NCBI GenBank assembly: GCA_964538805.1
Contig: CAZIGN010000002.1
Location: 18,245-82,244 of the forward strand
Origin: an uncultured Lachnospiraceae bacterium
Lineage (GTDB): Bacteria > Bacillota > Clostridia > Lachnospirales > Lachnospiraceae
Length of the DNA: 64,000 bases
Direction: 5' to 3'
Position 1 is the stretch's first letter; every line of letters starts with the position of its first letter. Below are positions 49,536 to 59,319 of the stretch, in pieces. The translations under genes were made by a program, and so were the position numbers. A model generated the notes under the pieces. The model was not told the origin of the DNA and searched no databases. It saw only the letters and a program-made list of their open reading frames with translations.

Positions 49536-50207
49536 ATGATTAATATTGCAATAGATGGTCCAGCAGGTGCGGGTAAGAGTACAATAGCTAAACAATGTGC
49601 TAAAAGACTTAATTATATATATGTTGATACAGGAGCTATGTATAGAGCAATTGCTTATTATTGTTTAGAACATAATTTAGATGTAAACAATGAAACTTTA
49701 GTATCGAACGAGTGTCAAAAAACTATAGTTACAATAAGTTACAAAGACGAGAAACAACTTATATTTCTTGATAATGTTGATGTTACAGATAAAATAAGGC
49801 AAGAACAGGTTGGTATAACTGCATCTGTAATATCTGCTTATAAAAGCGTAAGAGAACATTTGCTTAATTTACAAAGAGACTTAGCAAACACTAACAATGT
49901 TATAATGGATGGAAGAGATATTGGTACTAATATTTTGCCAAATGCTGATCTGAAGATTTTTTTGACAGCAAGTTCGAAAGTAAGAGCACATAGGCGTTTT
50001 CTTGAACTAACTAGTAAAGGTGTTTCTTGTGACGAGAAATTAATAGAAGAAGAAATAATAAACAGAGACAATAGAGATATGAATAGAAAGATAGCACCGT
50101 TGAAAAAGGCTAAAGATGCTATCCTTGTAGATAGTTCAGATATGACAATTGATGAAGTTATAAATGCAATAATTAATCTTGCAACTAATTTGAAAGGTGA
50201 TGCATAA
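49536..50207 (+). CDS. cmk: Cytidylate kinase
   Basis: IAIDGPAGAGKST P-loop, VDTGAMYR and DGRDIGT. Start placed at ATG 49536 behind GGAGA. Confidence 0.93.
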   Translation: MINIAIDGPAGAGKSTIAKQCAKRLNYIYVDTGAMYRAIAYYCLEHNLDVNNETLVSNECQKTIVTISYKDEKQLIFLDNVDVTDKIRQEQVGITASVISAYKSVREHLLNLQRDLANTNNVIMDGRDIGTNILPNADLKIFLTASSKVRAHRRFLELTSKGVSCDEKLIEEEIINRDNRDMNRKIAPLKKAKDAILVDSSDMTIDEVINAIINLATNLKGDA

Positions 50208-50226
50208 AGCATTTGAGTGAAAAGTT

Positions 50227-51078
50227 TTGGATATATTAGTAGCTAAATCTGCCGGATTTTGCTTTGGAGTTAAAAAGGCAGTAGATAAAGTTTATGATTC
50301 TATAAATGAATATGACAAAAAAATATATACTTATGGTCAAATAATACACAATGAATCGGTGGTTTTAGATCTGGTCAAAAAAGGTGTTGACGTAATAGAA
50401 AATGAAGACCAATTAAAAAAAATAAAAGATGCTGTTGTAGTTATCAGATCTCACGGTGTATCAAAAAAAATATATGATATCATCGAAGAAAATCATTTAG
50501 AATTAGTAGATGCGACCTGTCCATTTGTCAAAAAAATTCATAGAACAGTAGAAGAAAAAAGTAAACAAGGTATGAAAATAATAATAGTTGGAGACAAATT
50601 ACATCCCGAAATAGAAGGGATAGTTGGATGGTGCTTAAACGAACCAATAGTAATAAAAGACGAAGAGGACATCAATAAAATGAGTGTCTTAAACGGCGAA
50701 AAGTTGTGTATTGTGTCTCAAACTACATTTAATTACAATAAATTTCAATATTTGGTTGAAATTATGTCAAAAAAAGGTTATGATATAGTCGTTGTAAATA
50801 CGATTTGCAATGCCACAAACGAAAGACAAACAGAAACATTAGATTTGGCAAGAAAAGTGGATGCAATGATTGTAATAGGTGGGAAGAACAGTTCAAACAC
50901 TGCTAAACTTTATGAAATATCAAAAAAAGAATGTAAAAATACCTGCTTTATACAAACTGCGAAAGATTTAGAAAGTTGTAACTTAAGCAATTGTAAAACA
51001 ATAGGTATTACAGCCGGGGCATCAACCCCAAATAATATAATCGAGGAGGTTCAAGCTAATGTCAGAATTAAGTTTTGA
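50227..51078 (+). CDS. ispH: 4-hydroxy-3-methylbut-2-enyl diphosphate reductase
   Basis: TTG start. AKSAGFCFGVKKAV, IRSHGV, DATCPFV and VIGGKNSSNT, with three cluster cysteines. Confidence 0.92.
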   Translation: MDILVAKSAGFCFGVKKAVDKVYDSINEYDKKIYTYGQIIHNESVVLDLVKKGVDVIENEDQLKKIKDAVVVIRSHGVSKKIYDIIEENHLELVDATCPFVKKIHRTVEEKSKQGMKIIIVGDKLHPEIEGIVGWCLNEPIVIKDEEDINKMSVLNGEKLCIVSQTTFNYNKFQYLVEIMSKKGYDIVVVNTICNATNERQTETLDLARKVDAMIVIGGKNSSNTAKLYEISKKECKNTCFIQTAKDLESCNLSNCKTIGITAGASTPNNIIEEVQANVRIKF

Positions 51079-52162
51079 ACAAATGTTAGAGGATTCATTT
51101 AAAACAATAAGAACAGGAGAAGTTGTAGAGGGTAAAGTAATCAGCGTTAAAGAAGATGAAATTGTCTTAAATATAGATTACAAATCAGATGGAATTATAA
51201 CAAGAAACGAATTCACAAGCGTGCCTAATGCAGACTTAACTACTCTTGTATCTGTAGGAGACACCCTTACAGCAAAAGTTGTAAGAGTAAATGATGGTGA
51301 GGGACAAGTTTTACTATCATACAAAAGACTTGCAGTTGAAAGATCAAGTAAAATTCTAGAAGATGCTTTTAATAACAAGCAAGTTCTAAAAGCAACAGTT
51401 TCACAAGTTTTGACAGGTGGTATAAGTGTTGTTGTTGATGAAACAAAAGTATTCATACCAGCTAGCTTAGTGTCTGATTCTTATGAAAAAGACCTAACAA
51501 AATATAACGGACAAGAAATCGAATTTGTTTTAACAGAATTCAATCCTAAAAAAAGAAGAATAATTGGAGATCGTAAACAATTATTAGTTGCAAGTAAGCA
51601 AGTTGCTAAAGCTGCTCTTTTAGAAAAAATTAAAGAAGGAATGGTAGTTGAAGGCGTTGTTAAAAATGTAACTGATTTTGGTGCATTTATTGACTTAGGT
51701 GGTATGGATGGATTACTTCATATTTCTGAAATGTCTTGGGGAAGAATTGAACACCCTAAAAAAGTGTTTACTATTGGCCAAACATTAAATGTATTAATTA
51801 AAGAAATTTCAGGAGAAAAGATTGCACTTAGTCTTAAGTTTGATGATACTAACCCTTGGAAAGACGCTACAACAAAATATGCTGTGGGTAACGTTGTAAA
51901 AGGAAAAGTGGCAAGAATGACTGAATTCGGTGCTTTTGTTGAACTTGAAACAGGAATTGATGCATTACTACATGTATCACAAATATCTAGAGCTCATATC
52001 GGAAAACCTTCTGATGTTTTAAGTGTTTCACAAGAAATCGAAGCAGAAGTTGTAGAGTTTAACGAAGAAGAAAAAAAGATTAGTCTTAGTATGAAAGCTT
52101 TAGAACCAGAAGAAATGTATGAAGAAGAATCACAAGAAAACAACGAAGAAGTTAATGAATAA
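51059..52162 (+). CDS. rpsA: 30S ribosomal protein S1 (four S1 domains)
   Basis: Repeated S1 motifs (GEVVEGKV, G.VKNVTDFGAFIDLGGMDGLLHISE, GKVARMTEFGAFVEL). Overlaps the ispH end by 20 nt in another frame. Confidence 0.88.
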   Translation: MSELSFEQMLEDSFKTIRTGEVVEGKVISVKEDEIVLNIDYKSDGIITRNEFTSVPNADLTTLVSVGDTLTAKVVRVNDGEGQVLLSYKRLAVERSSKILEDAFNNKQVLKATVSQVLTGGISVVVDETKVFIPASLVSDSYEKDLTKYNGQEIEFVLTEFNPKKRRIIGDRKQLLVASKQVAKAALLEKIKEGMVVEGVVKNVTDFGAFIDLGGMDGLLHISEMSWGRIEHPKKVFTIGQTLNVLIKEISGEKIALSLKFDDTNPWKDATTKYAVGNVVKGKVARMTEFGAFVELETGIDALLHVSQISRAHIGKPSDVLSVSQEIEAEVVEFNEEEKKISLSMKALEPEEMYEEESQENNEEVNE

Positions 52163-52240
52163 CTAAGTCTGATGATTCATAATACTACAGTTTTACAGTA
52201 CTATAGTACTTATGAAGAGTAATATAAGCTATAACATAAT

Positions 52241-52267
52241 AAGCGTCGCTAATATTTAGCGGCGCTT
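52241..52267 (+). terminator. GC-rich hairpin after rpsA (terminator-like, weak U tail)
   Basis: AAGCGTCGCTAA-tat-TTAGCGGCGCTT, with the same outer stem as the leuS terminator. Confidence 0.55.
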
Positions 52268-52357
52268 GTAAGAGTAAGAGGCATTTTTTCTAATATTAAA
52301 TAATTAAATATTCAGATAAGTTTTGTTTAATGATTATGAAGACTTTGGAGGAAGAGT

Positions 52358-53131
52358 ATGGATTACGAGTTATTTAAAAAACAGGTTTTTACTTTAACAC
52401 ATATTGATCTTAATGCTTATAAAGAAAGACAAATGAAAAGACGTATTGATTCGTTAATTGCAAAAAACAAATATAAAGGTTACGATGATTATATACAGGA
52501 AATAAAAACAAATGCTACATTGTTTGAAGAATTTGTTAATTATCTAACTATTAATGTTTCGGAATTTTGGCGTAATCCAGAACAGTGGTCCGTTTTAGAA
52601 AAAGATATAATACCAACCCTTTTAAAAGAAACGCCAAATGCATTGAAAATATGGAGTGCCGCTTGTTCTACTGGTGATGAACCATATTCTTTAGTCATGT
52701 TGCTATCAAAATTTATGCCTTTGTCAAAAATAAGAATACTTGCTACAGATATAGATAAACAAGTGTTAGAAAAAGCAAGAGTAGGGCTTTATAACGCGAA
52801 AAGTCTTGATGGATTGCCTAAAGAATTTAAAGATAAGTATTTTACACCTATTGGTAATTCTAATTATCAAATAAATGATGAAATAAAAAGATGTGTTGAA
52901 TTCAAACAGCATAATCTGCTTAAGGATAACTACCCTACGAATTTGGATTTGATCGTATGTAGAAATGTACTTATATATTTTACCGAAGAAGCCAAAATCG
53001 AGATTTACAAAAAATTTAACAACGCTTTAAGAAGAGATGCATTTTTGTTTGTTGGAAGCACAGAACAAATAATGCAGTATAAAGATTTGAATTATTCGTC
53101 AGTTAAATCATTTTTTTACAAAAAAAACTAA
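52358..53131 (+). CDS. cheR: CheR-type protein-glutamate O-methyltransferase
   Basis: 257 aa with a CheR N-terminal helical domain and the SAM fold LKIWSAACSTGDEPYSLVML...VCRNVLIYF. Confidence 0.8.
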   Translation: MDYELFKKQVFTLTHIDLNAYKERQMKRRIDSLIAKNKYKGYDDYIQEIKTNATLFEEFVNYLTINVSEFWRNPEQWSVLEKDIIPTLLKETPNALKIWSAACSTGDEPYSLVMLLSKFMPLSKIRILATDIDKQVLEKARVGLYNAKSLDGLPKEFKDKYFTPIGNSNYQINDEIKRCVEFKQHNLLKDNYPTNLDLIVCRNVLIYFTEEAKIEIYKKFNNALRRDAFLFVGSTEQIMQYKDLNYSSVKSFFYKKN

Positions 53132-53139
53132 TATAAAAA

Positions 53140-53174
53140 GTAAGCTATTTTGTCAGAAAAATAAAATAGCTTAC
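53140..53174 (+). other. Perfect 12-bp stem-loop between cheR and rsmD
   Basis: GTAAGCTATTTT-N11-AAAATAGCTTAC. There is no U tail, so it may be a weak terminator or an mRNA-stability element. Confidence 0.4.
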
Positions 53175-53192
53175 ATAATAGAATGGAATCTT

Positions 53193-53765
53193 ATGAGAGT
53201 AATAGCAGGAATTGCAAGAAGTTTACCTTTAAAAGCGGTAGATGGTCTAGATACTAGACCGACAACAGATAGAATTAAAGAAACGTTATTCAATATGATT
53301 AACAGTGATTTGCCAGATTGCAAGTTTTTAGACTTGTTTGCAGGTTCAGGCGCTATTGGAATAGAAGCGTTAAGCAGAGGCGCTAGTAACGCAGTTTTTA
53401 TTGACAATAGTTATAAATCAATTGAATGCATTACTGAAAATTTGAAGTTTACAAAATTTGATAACAAAGCAAGAATAATTAAAAGTGATGTTGCTTTAGC
53501 ACTTTCTAGATTAGATAATGAAAAAGAAGTATATGACATAATATTTATTGATCCTCCATATGGAAAAGATTATGAAAAAAGTGTAATTGAAATGTTATAT
53601 AATTCTTCATTGATAGACGAATACACAACCATAATATTAGAAGCGAAGATAAAAACGGACTATAGCTATATAACTAATATTGGTTTTGAAATAAAAAAAG
53701 TAAAACAGTACAAAACAAATATGCATATTTTTTTCAATTTAAAAGAAGTTAATAAAGAATTATAA
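53193..53765 (+). CDS. rsmD: 16S rRNA (guanine966-N2)-methyltransferase
   Basis: MRVIAGIARSLPLK N terminus, DLFAGSGAIGIEALSRGA and the DPPY motif. Precedes coaD as in Bacillus ylbH-coaD. Confidence 0.88.
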   Translation: MRVIAGIARSLPLKAVDGLDTRPTTDRIKETLFNMINSDLPDCKFLDLFAGSGAIGIEALSRGASNAVFIDNSYKSIECITENLKFTKFDNKARIIKSDVALALSRLDNEKEVYDIIFIDPPYGKDYEKSVIEMLYNSSLIDEYTTIILEAKIKTDYSYITNIGFEIKKVKQYKTNMHIFFNLKEVNKEL

Positions 53766-53875
53766 TACGTTAAATAATAAGTTAAATAATAAATTGAATT
53801 AATAGCTACTTACAATGTTAAAAAGAAAGGTCTACTAAGTAGAGTTGTTAAACTAACGACAACATAGGTGAATCC

Positions 53876-54385
53876 ATGATTAAAGCCATATATCCTGGTA
53901 GTTTTGATCCAGTTACTTATGGGCATTTAGATATAATTCATAGATCGGCTAAAATGGTTGATCATCTTATTGTAGGGGTTTTGTGTAATGATCTAAAAAC
54001 ACCACTTTTTACAGTAGAAGAAAGAGTGGATTTGCTAAGAGAAGTAACTAAAGATATTGATAACATAGAAGTTTGCTCGTTTAGTGGTTTGTTAGTTGAT
54101 TTTGCAAAACAAAAAAAAGCATCTACTATAGTAAGAGGTTTAAGAGCCATAACAGATTTTGATTATGAGTTACAAATGTCTCAAACAAACAGAATAATGA
54201 ACAAAGATATAGATACAGTGTTTTTTACAACAAGTTTAGAATTTGCATATCTTAGCTCAAGTACAGTAAAAGAAGTTGCTGCATTTAAAGGTGATATAAG
54301 TAAATTTGTACCAAAAGAAGTTGAAAACATGATACACCAAAAAATAAATTACAATGAAAGGAAAAGCATAACTGATCAAAGTTAG
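53876..54385 (+). CDS. coaD: Phosphopantetheine adenylyltransferase
   Basis: [18 protein letters not shown] (HxGH motif) and [12 protein letters not shown]. Confidence 0.95.
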   Translation: MIKAIYPGSFDPVTYGHLDIIHRSAKMVDHLIVGVLCNDLKTPLFTVEERVDLLREVTKDIDNIEVCSFSGLLVDFAKQKKASTIVRGLRAITDFDYELQMSQTNRIMNKDIDTVFFTTSLEFAYLSSSTVKEVAAFKGDISKFVPKEVENMIHQKINYNERKSITDQS

Positions 54386-54420
54386 ATCAGACACTACTAG
54401 TGATGTGCGAAGGGATGTAT

Positions 54421-55053
54421 ATGAGCCAAATAGAACAAATCATTTCAGAACTTGAAGAGTATATAGAAAATTGTAGTTATAAAAAGCTTTCTAGTACTAA
54501 AATAGTTGTAAATAAAGAAGAGTTAAAAGAATACTTAGAAGAGCTTAGGCTAAAGACACCAGATGAAATTAAGAAATATCAAAAAATGCTTAATAACAAG
54601 GATGCTATATTAAATGATGCTCAAAAAAAAGCAGCTATTTTATTAGAAGAAGCATCAGCACAAACAAAAGCATTAGTTAGTGAACATGAAGTTATGCAAC
54701 AAGCTAATTTAAGAGCAACAGAAGAAATAACAAGAGCTCATAATGAAGCAAGAGATATACTTGATATAGCAACTAATGAAGCTAATGGATTAAGATCTGG
54801 TATGGTAGCTTACGCAGACGATATGCTTTATAGCATGGAAAGTATTTTAGTTGACACTATAAATAAAGTTAATCAACAATATGAAGCGTTTGTCAATTCT
54901 TTAAATAGTAGCTTAGAAGTTATTAGAAACAATCATGATGAGTTGAGGATTGAAAATAAAGACCTTTTTGGAATAGAGTCAGATTCTAATGCTGATTTAA
55001 ATTCAGATGAAGATTTAGAAGATTATAGAGTAGAATTAGATGAAAATTTATAA
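54421..55053 (+). CDS. Coiled-coil protein of unknown function with acidic C terminus
   Basis: About 210 aa, predicted helical or coiled coil, with C-terminal DSNADLNSDEDLEDYRVELDENL. Start placed at ATG 54421 behind GAAGGGA. I recognise no catalytic motif. Confidence 0.4.
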   Translation: MSQIEQIISELEEYIENCSYKKLSSTKIVVNKEELKEYLEELRLKTPDEIKKYQKMLNNKDAILNDAQKKAAILLEEASAQTKALVSEHEVMQQANLRATEEITRAHNEARDILDIATNEANGLRSGMVAYADDMLYSMESILVDTINKVNQQYEAFVNSLNSSLEVIRNNHDELRIENKDLFGIESDSNADLNSDEDLEDYRVELDENL

Positions 55054-55066
55054 AAATGTATAACAT

Positions 55067-55093
55067 AAAAGTAGGCATGACTTGCCTACTTTT
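55067..55093 (+). terminator. Rho-independent terminator
   Basis: AAAAGTAGGCA-tgact-TGCCTACTTTT. Confidence 0.8.
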
Positions 55094-55147
55094 AAGCATT
55101 TTTATTATTTGTATGTAATGTTACAAAATAGAAAGGACTAAGAATTT

Positions 55148-56581
55148 ATGAACGAGAGAGTAAAGTATTATTTTGAAGAAATTTCAAAAATACCTAGAGC
55201 CTCAGGAAACATGGATAAAATTAGTGAATATATTGTTTCTTTTTCTGAAAAAAATTCGCTAAAATATATAAAAGATGAATATTGCAATGTCGTAGTATAT
55301 AAGAACGCATCTTCTGGATATGAAAATTCAAAGACAATAATTCTTCAAGCTCATTTAGATATGGTTGCAGAAAAAGATATAAATAGTGAACATGATTTTT
55401 CTAAAGATCCAATTGAATTGATTTATGAAGGTGATTTTATAAGAGCTAATAATACCACTTTAGGTGCGGACAATGGTGTTGCAGTAGCTATGTTTTTAGC
55501 AATTCTAGAAGATAAGCAAATTAATCATCCTAGTTTAGAGGTTGTATTTACAATAGATGAAGAAACAGGTATGGATGGAGCAAAAAATCTTAACCCTTCC
55601 TACCTATCTGGTGAATACTTATTAAATCTAGATTCAGAAGAAGAAGGTGTATTGTGTGTTGGTTGTGCAGGTGGTGCAACTATAAAGTTAAAAAAAGATA
55701 TCAAGAAAAAAACTTATAAAACAAAAGGAGAATTGTTTGAAATAACCATTCAAGGATTAAAAGGTGGACATTCAGGAATAGATATACATTTAAATAAGGC
55801 CAATGCTAATGTTTTGATGGCAAGGTTATTAGAAATACTTCTAGAAGATTCATCAATAGAGTTAAAAACTTTTATTGGTGGAACAAAAGACAATGTAATT
55901 ACACCATTTTCAAAAGCGTGTTTAATTATAAAAGAAGATATATTAGATTTGGAAAAAAGAATCGAAAATTTTGAAAAATGTATTAAAAATGAATATCATA
56001 TTACAGATCCAAATATAAGAATATCAACTAATTGCAATAAAGAAACTGTTAGTGAAATTGCTATTGAAAAAGAAACTCTAAAAAAAATCATTCAAGCTAT
56101 TAATATATTGCCGTATGGTGTATTATATATGAGCCAGGATATAAAAGATTTAGTTGAAACATCTGCTAATATAGGTGTTGTAAGCATAGATTCTAATGAG
56201 GTATATATTAAAACTTCAATAAGAAGTAGTGTTAAAAGTAGAAAAGATTTAATTGTTAAAAAGATTAAATCAATAGCCGAGTTAGCAGAATTAGAATTTG
56301 AAAAAAAATCTGAATACCCTGAATGGGAATATAAAAAAGATTCTTTTTTAAGAGAAAAAGCAACTGATATCTATAACGAAAAGTTTGGTAAAAAACCAGT
56401 AATTGAAGTGGTTCATGCAGGACTTGAATGTGGGTTTTTTTCAAACAAAATTAAAGATATAGATATAGTTTCTTTTGGTCCAAATACTTACGATATACAT
56501 ACAACAAAAGAAAAAGTTAGTATGAGTTCAATAGATAAAACTTACGAATATCTTCTTGATATATTGTCTGAATTAAAATAA
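55148..56581 (+). CDS. pepD: Aminoacyl-histidine dipeptidase (M20 family, PepD-like)
   Basis: 477 aa with FEEISKIPRASGN, LQAHLDMV, GADNGVAVA, FTIDEETGMDGA and HAGLECG. Confidence 0.88.
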   Translation: MNERVKYYFEEISKIPRASGNMDKISEYIVSFSEKNSLKYIKDEYCNVVVYKNASSGYENSKTIILQAHLDMVAEKDINSEHDFSKDPIELIYEGDFIRANNTTLGADNGVAVAMFLAILEDKQINHPSLEVVFTIDEETGMDGAKNLNPSYLSGEYLLNLDSEEEGVLCVGCAGGATIKLKKDIKKKTYKTKGELFEITIQGLKGGHSGIDIHLNKANANVLMARLLEILLEDSSIELKTFIGGTKDNVITPFSKACLIIKEDILDLEKRIENFEKCIKNEYHITDPNIRISTNCNKETVSEIAIEKETLKKIIQAINILPYGVLYMSQDIKDLVETSANIGVVSIDSNEVYIKTSIRSSVKSRKDLIVKKIKSIAELAELEFEKKSEYPEWEYKKDSFLREKATDIYNEKFGKKPVIEVVHAGLECGFFSNKIKDIDIVSFGPNTYDIHTTKEKVSMSSIDKTYEYLLDILSELK

Positions 56582-56625
56582 TATTAGTATTATGAAGATA
56601 CATCAAACTTGAAAGGCTTTAAAAT

Positions 56626-57423
56626 ATGAAATTGTTTAGTATAGCTAGTGGAAGTAGTGGAAATTCTATCTGCATAGGAGATGAAAATGCTTCGATTCTA
56701 ATAGATGCAGGAATAAGTAAAAAAAGAATTGTTGAAGGCTTAGAATTTAACAATGTAAGTCCTGAATCGGTTAAAGCAATAATGGTGACTCATGAGCATT
56801 CTGATCATATTTGTGGTCTGGGAGTCTTTACTAGGAAGTATAAAACACCTATATATGCTACTAGAGCCACTATTAATAATATAAAAAACACCAAAAGTGT
56901 AGGTGATATTGATGAAGCACTTTTTAATGAAATAACCCCTGATGAAAGTTTTAATATTAATGGATTTGAAATATTACCTTTTTGTATTTCTCATGATGCA
57001 GCTAACCCTGTTGCATATAGGGTTTCAAAAGATAAAAGTTCAGTTGCTGTAGCAACAGATATGGGTTATTACGATGATTATATAATCAGTAATTTAAAAG
57101 GATTAGATGCAATATTAATAGAAGCAAATTATGATGTTAATATGCTTCATACAGGAAGTTATCCTTATCAGCTAAAGCAAAGAATTCTTAGTAATTTAGG
57201 GCATTTATCAAATGAAATGTCTGGAAGACTATTAAATGAAATCTTGCATGATAATATCAAGCATATTTTTCTTGGTCATCTAAGTAAAGAAAACAATTAC
57301 GCTGCTCTTGCTTATGAAAGTGTAAGACTAGAGATTACTCTTGGAGATAACAAATATAAAGCTGATGACTTTAATATTAAAGTATTAAGTAGAGAAACAC
57401 CAAGCAAAGCAGTAGAATTTTAG
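56626..57423 (+). CDS. MBL-fold metallo-hydrolase (YycJ-like)
   Basis: HEHSDH metal motif, SGSSGNS N terminus, 265 aa. Confidence 0.8.
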   Translation: MKLFSIASGSSGNSICIGDENASILIDAGISKKRIVEGLEFNNVSPESVKAIMVTHEHSDHICGLGVFTRKYKTPIYATRATINNIKNTKSVGDIDEALFNEITPDESFNINGFEILPFCISHDAANPVAYRVSKDKSSVAVATDMGYYDDYIISNLKGLDAILIEANYDVNMLHTGSYPYQLKQRILSNLGHLSNEMSGRLLNEILHDNIKHIFLGHLSKENNYAALAYESVRLEITLGDNKYKADDFNIKVLSRETPSKAVEF

Positions 57424-57436
57424 TACAATATTCATA

Positions 57437-57465
57437 TTGAAAAAAACTTTGATATAAAATATAAT
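57437..57465 (+). promoter_or_regulatory. Predicted sigma-A promoter of the ACT/UPF0210 operon
   Basis: TTGAAA, an exact 17-nt spacer, then TATAAT. Confidence 0.55.
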
Positions 57466-57557
57466 AAATGAAGTTTATTAAACAATTTTTAAATAGATAA
57501 AAAGAAAGGTCTGCCTTTTGGCAGTGTCGCAAAGTTGCGATAAGAGTAGGTTTGATT

Positions 57558-57830
57558 ATGAAAAAGACTATAATTACAGTAGTTGGAAAAGATACAGTAG
57601 GAATAATTGCAAAAGTATGTACATATTTAGCTGACAACAAAGTAAATATTTTAGATATTTCACAAACAATAGTTCAGGATTATTTTAATATGATGATGGT
57701 TGTCGATACTAATAATTCAGACAAAAAGGCTGGGCAATTGACTGATGAGATCTCAAAAATCGGAGAAGAAATCGGCGTTCAAATAAGAATGCAGCAAGAA
57801 GATATCTTTAACACAATGCACAGAATATAA
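57558..57830 (+). CDS. ACT-domain protein (UPF0237 family)
   Basis: About 90 aa with ITVVGKDTVGIIAKVCTYLA, a typical ACT beta-alpha start. Paired with the UPF0210 gene downstream. Confidence 0.8.
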   Translation: MKKTIITVVGKDTVGIIAKVCTYLADNKVNILDISQTIVQDYFNMMMVVDTNNSDKKAGQLTDEISKIGEEIGVQIRMQQEDIFNTMHRI

Positions 57831-57871
57831 GTAGAAAGGTGCTTTTAATATAAAAGCAGATATGGTTTATC

Positions 57872-59236
57872 ATGATAAATATATTTGAAGTAACTGAAAC
57901 AAATCAAATGATACAAGAAGAAAATCTAGATGTAAGAACAATAACCCTAGGAATAAGCTTACTTGATTGTATAGATTCTGATTTGAATAAGCTTAATGAA
58001 AACATTTACAATAAAATAACAACACTTGCAAAAGATCTAGTTTCAACAGGAAAAGAAATTGAAAAAGATTTCGGGATTCCTATTGTAAATAAGAGAGTTT
58101 CAATAACACCTATAGCCCTAATTGGTGCATCAGCTTGTAAAACACCTGATGATTTTGTTGAGATTGCTAAAACACTTGATAAAGCAGCTAAAACAATCGG
58201 TGTAAATTTTATAGGTGGATATTCAGCTTTAGTTTCAAAAGGAATGACTACTGCAGAAAAGAATCTTATTCTTTCAATACCTAAGGCATTATCGGTTACT
58301 GAAAGAGTTTGTAGTTCGGTAAATGTAGGATCTACTAAAACAGGTATTAATATGGATGCCGTAAAGATGCTAGGTGAAACAATTCTTGAAACAGCAGAAT
58401 TAACTAAAGAAGATGATTCTATTGGTTGCGCTAAATTAGTGGTATTTTGTAATGCACCTGATGATAATCCGTTTATGGCTGGAGCATTTCACGGTGTTAC
58501 TGAAGCTGATGCAATAATAAACGTTGGAGTTAGTGGACCTGGTGTTGTTAAAAAAGCAATAGAAAAAGCAAGAGGCGAAAGCTTTGAAGTACTTTGTGAA
58601 ACATTGAAAAAGACTGCATTTAAAGTTACTAGAGTGGGACAATTAGTTGCTAAAGAAGCATCAAGAAGACTGAATATACCATTTGGTATAATTGATCTTT
58701 CGCTTGCCCCAACTCCAGCAATTGGGGATAGTATAGCAGAAATACTTGAAGAAATGGGTCTTGAAAGAGTAGGAGCACCTGGAACAACTGCTGCACTAGC
58801 TATGCTTAATGATCAAGTTAAAAAAGGTGGAGTTATGGCATCTTCTTATGTTGGTGGATTAAGTGGAGCATTTATACCAGTAAGTGAAGATCAGGGTATG
58901 ATTGATGCTGTTAATGCTGGAGCTTTAACTCTCGAAAAACTTGAGGCGATGACTTGTGTATGCTCAGTAGGACTAGATATGATAGCTATACCAGGTGACA
59001 CAAAAGCTACTACAATTTCAGGTATAATCGCAGATGAAGCTGCCATAGGAATGATTAATCAAAAGACTACAGCAGTAAGACTTATACCAGTTATTGGCAA
59101 GAAGGTTGGCGAGATAGCTCATTTTGGAGGTCTTTTAGGATATGCTCCAATTATGCCAGTAAATAATTTTTCTTGTGAGGCATTTGTAAATAGAGGCGGT
59201 TTAATACCTGCTCCGATACATAGCTTTAAGAATTAG
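57872..59236 (+). CDS. UPF0210 / DUF711 family protein (function unknown)
   Basis: 454 aa with the conserved N terminus [14 protein letters not shown] and the usual ACT-UPF0210 gene pair. Confidence 0.75.
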   Translation: MINIFEVTETNQMIQEENLDVRTITLGISLLDCIDSDLNKLNENIYNKITTLAKDLVSTGKEIEKDFGIPIVNKRVSITPIALIGASACKTPDDFVEIAKTLDKAAKTIGVNFIGGYSALVSKGMTTAEKNLILSIPKALSVTERVCSSVNVGSTKTGINMDAVKMLGETILETAELTKEDDSIGCAKLVVFCNAPDDNPFMAGAFHGVTEADAIINVGVSGPGVVKKAIEKARGESFEVLCETLKKTAFKVTRVGQLVAKEASRRLNIPFGIIDLSLAPTPAIGDSIAEILEEMGLERVGAPGTTAALAMLNDQVKKGGVMASSYVGGLSGAFIPVSEDQGMIDAVNAGALTLEKLEAMTCVCSVGLDMIAIPGDTKATTISGIIADEAAIGMINQKTTAVRLIPVIGKKVGEIAHFGGLLGYAPIMPVNNFSCEAFVNRGGLIPAPIHSFKN

Positions 59237-59255
59237 TACCCAAAATTAAAAACAA

Positions 59256-59298
59256 AACTTTTATACTTTGTGTTTCAGACTAAGTATAAAGGTTTTTT
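59256..59298. terminator. Bidirectional terminator between convergent UPF0210 and tmcAL genes
   Basis: AACTTTTATACTT-N13-AAGTATAAAGGTT (one mismatch) followed by TTTT. Confidence 0.6.
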
Positions 59299-59319
59299 AA
59301 TATTTTACTTTTAAAAGCT

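Noticed and set aside
49838-50212. 124-aa minus-strand ORF opposite cmk
   Set aside because: Antisense shadow ORF; cmk motifs are unambiguous on the + strand.
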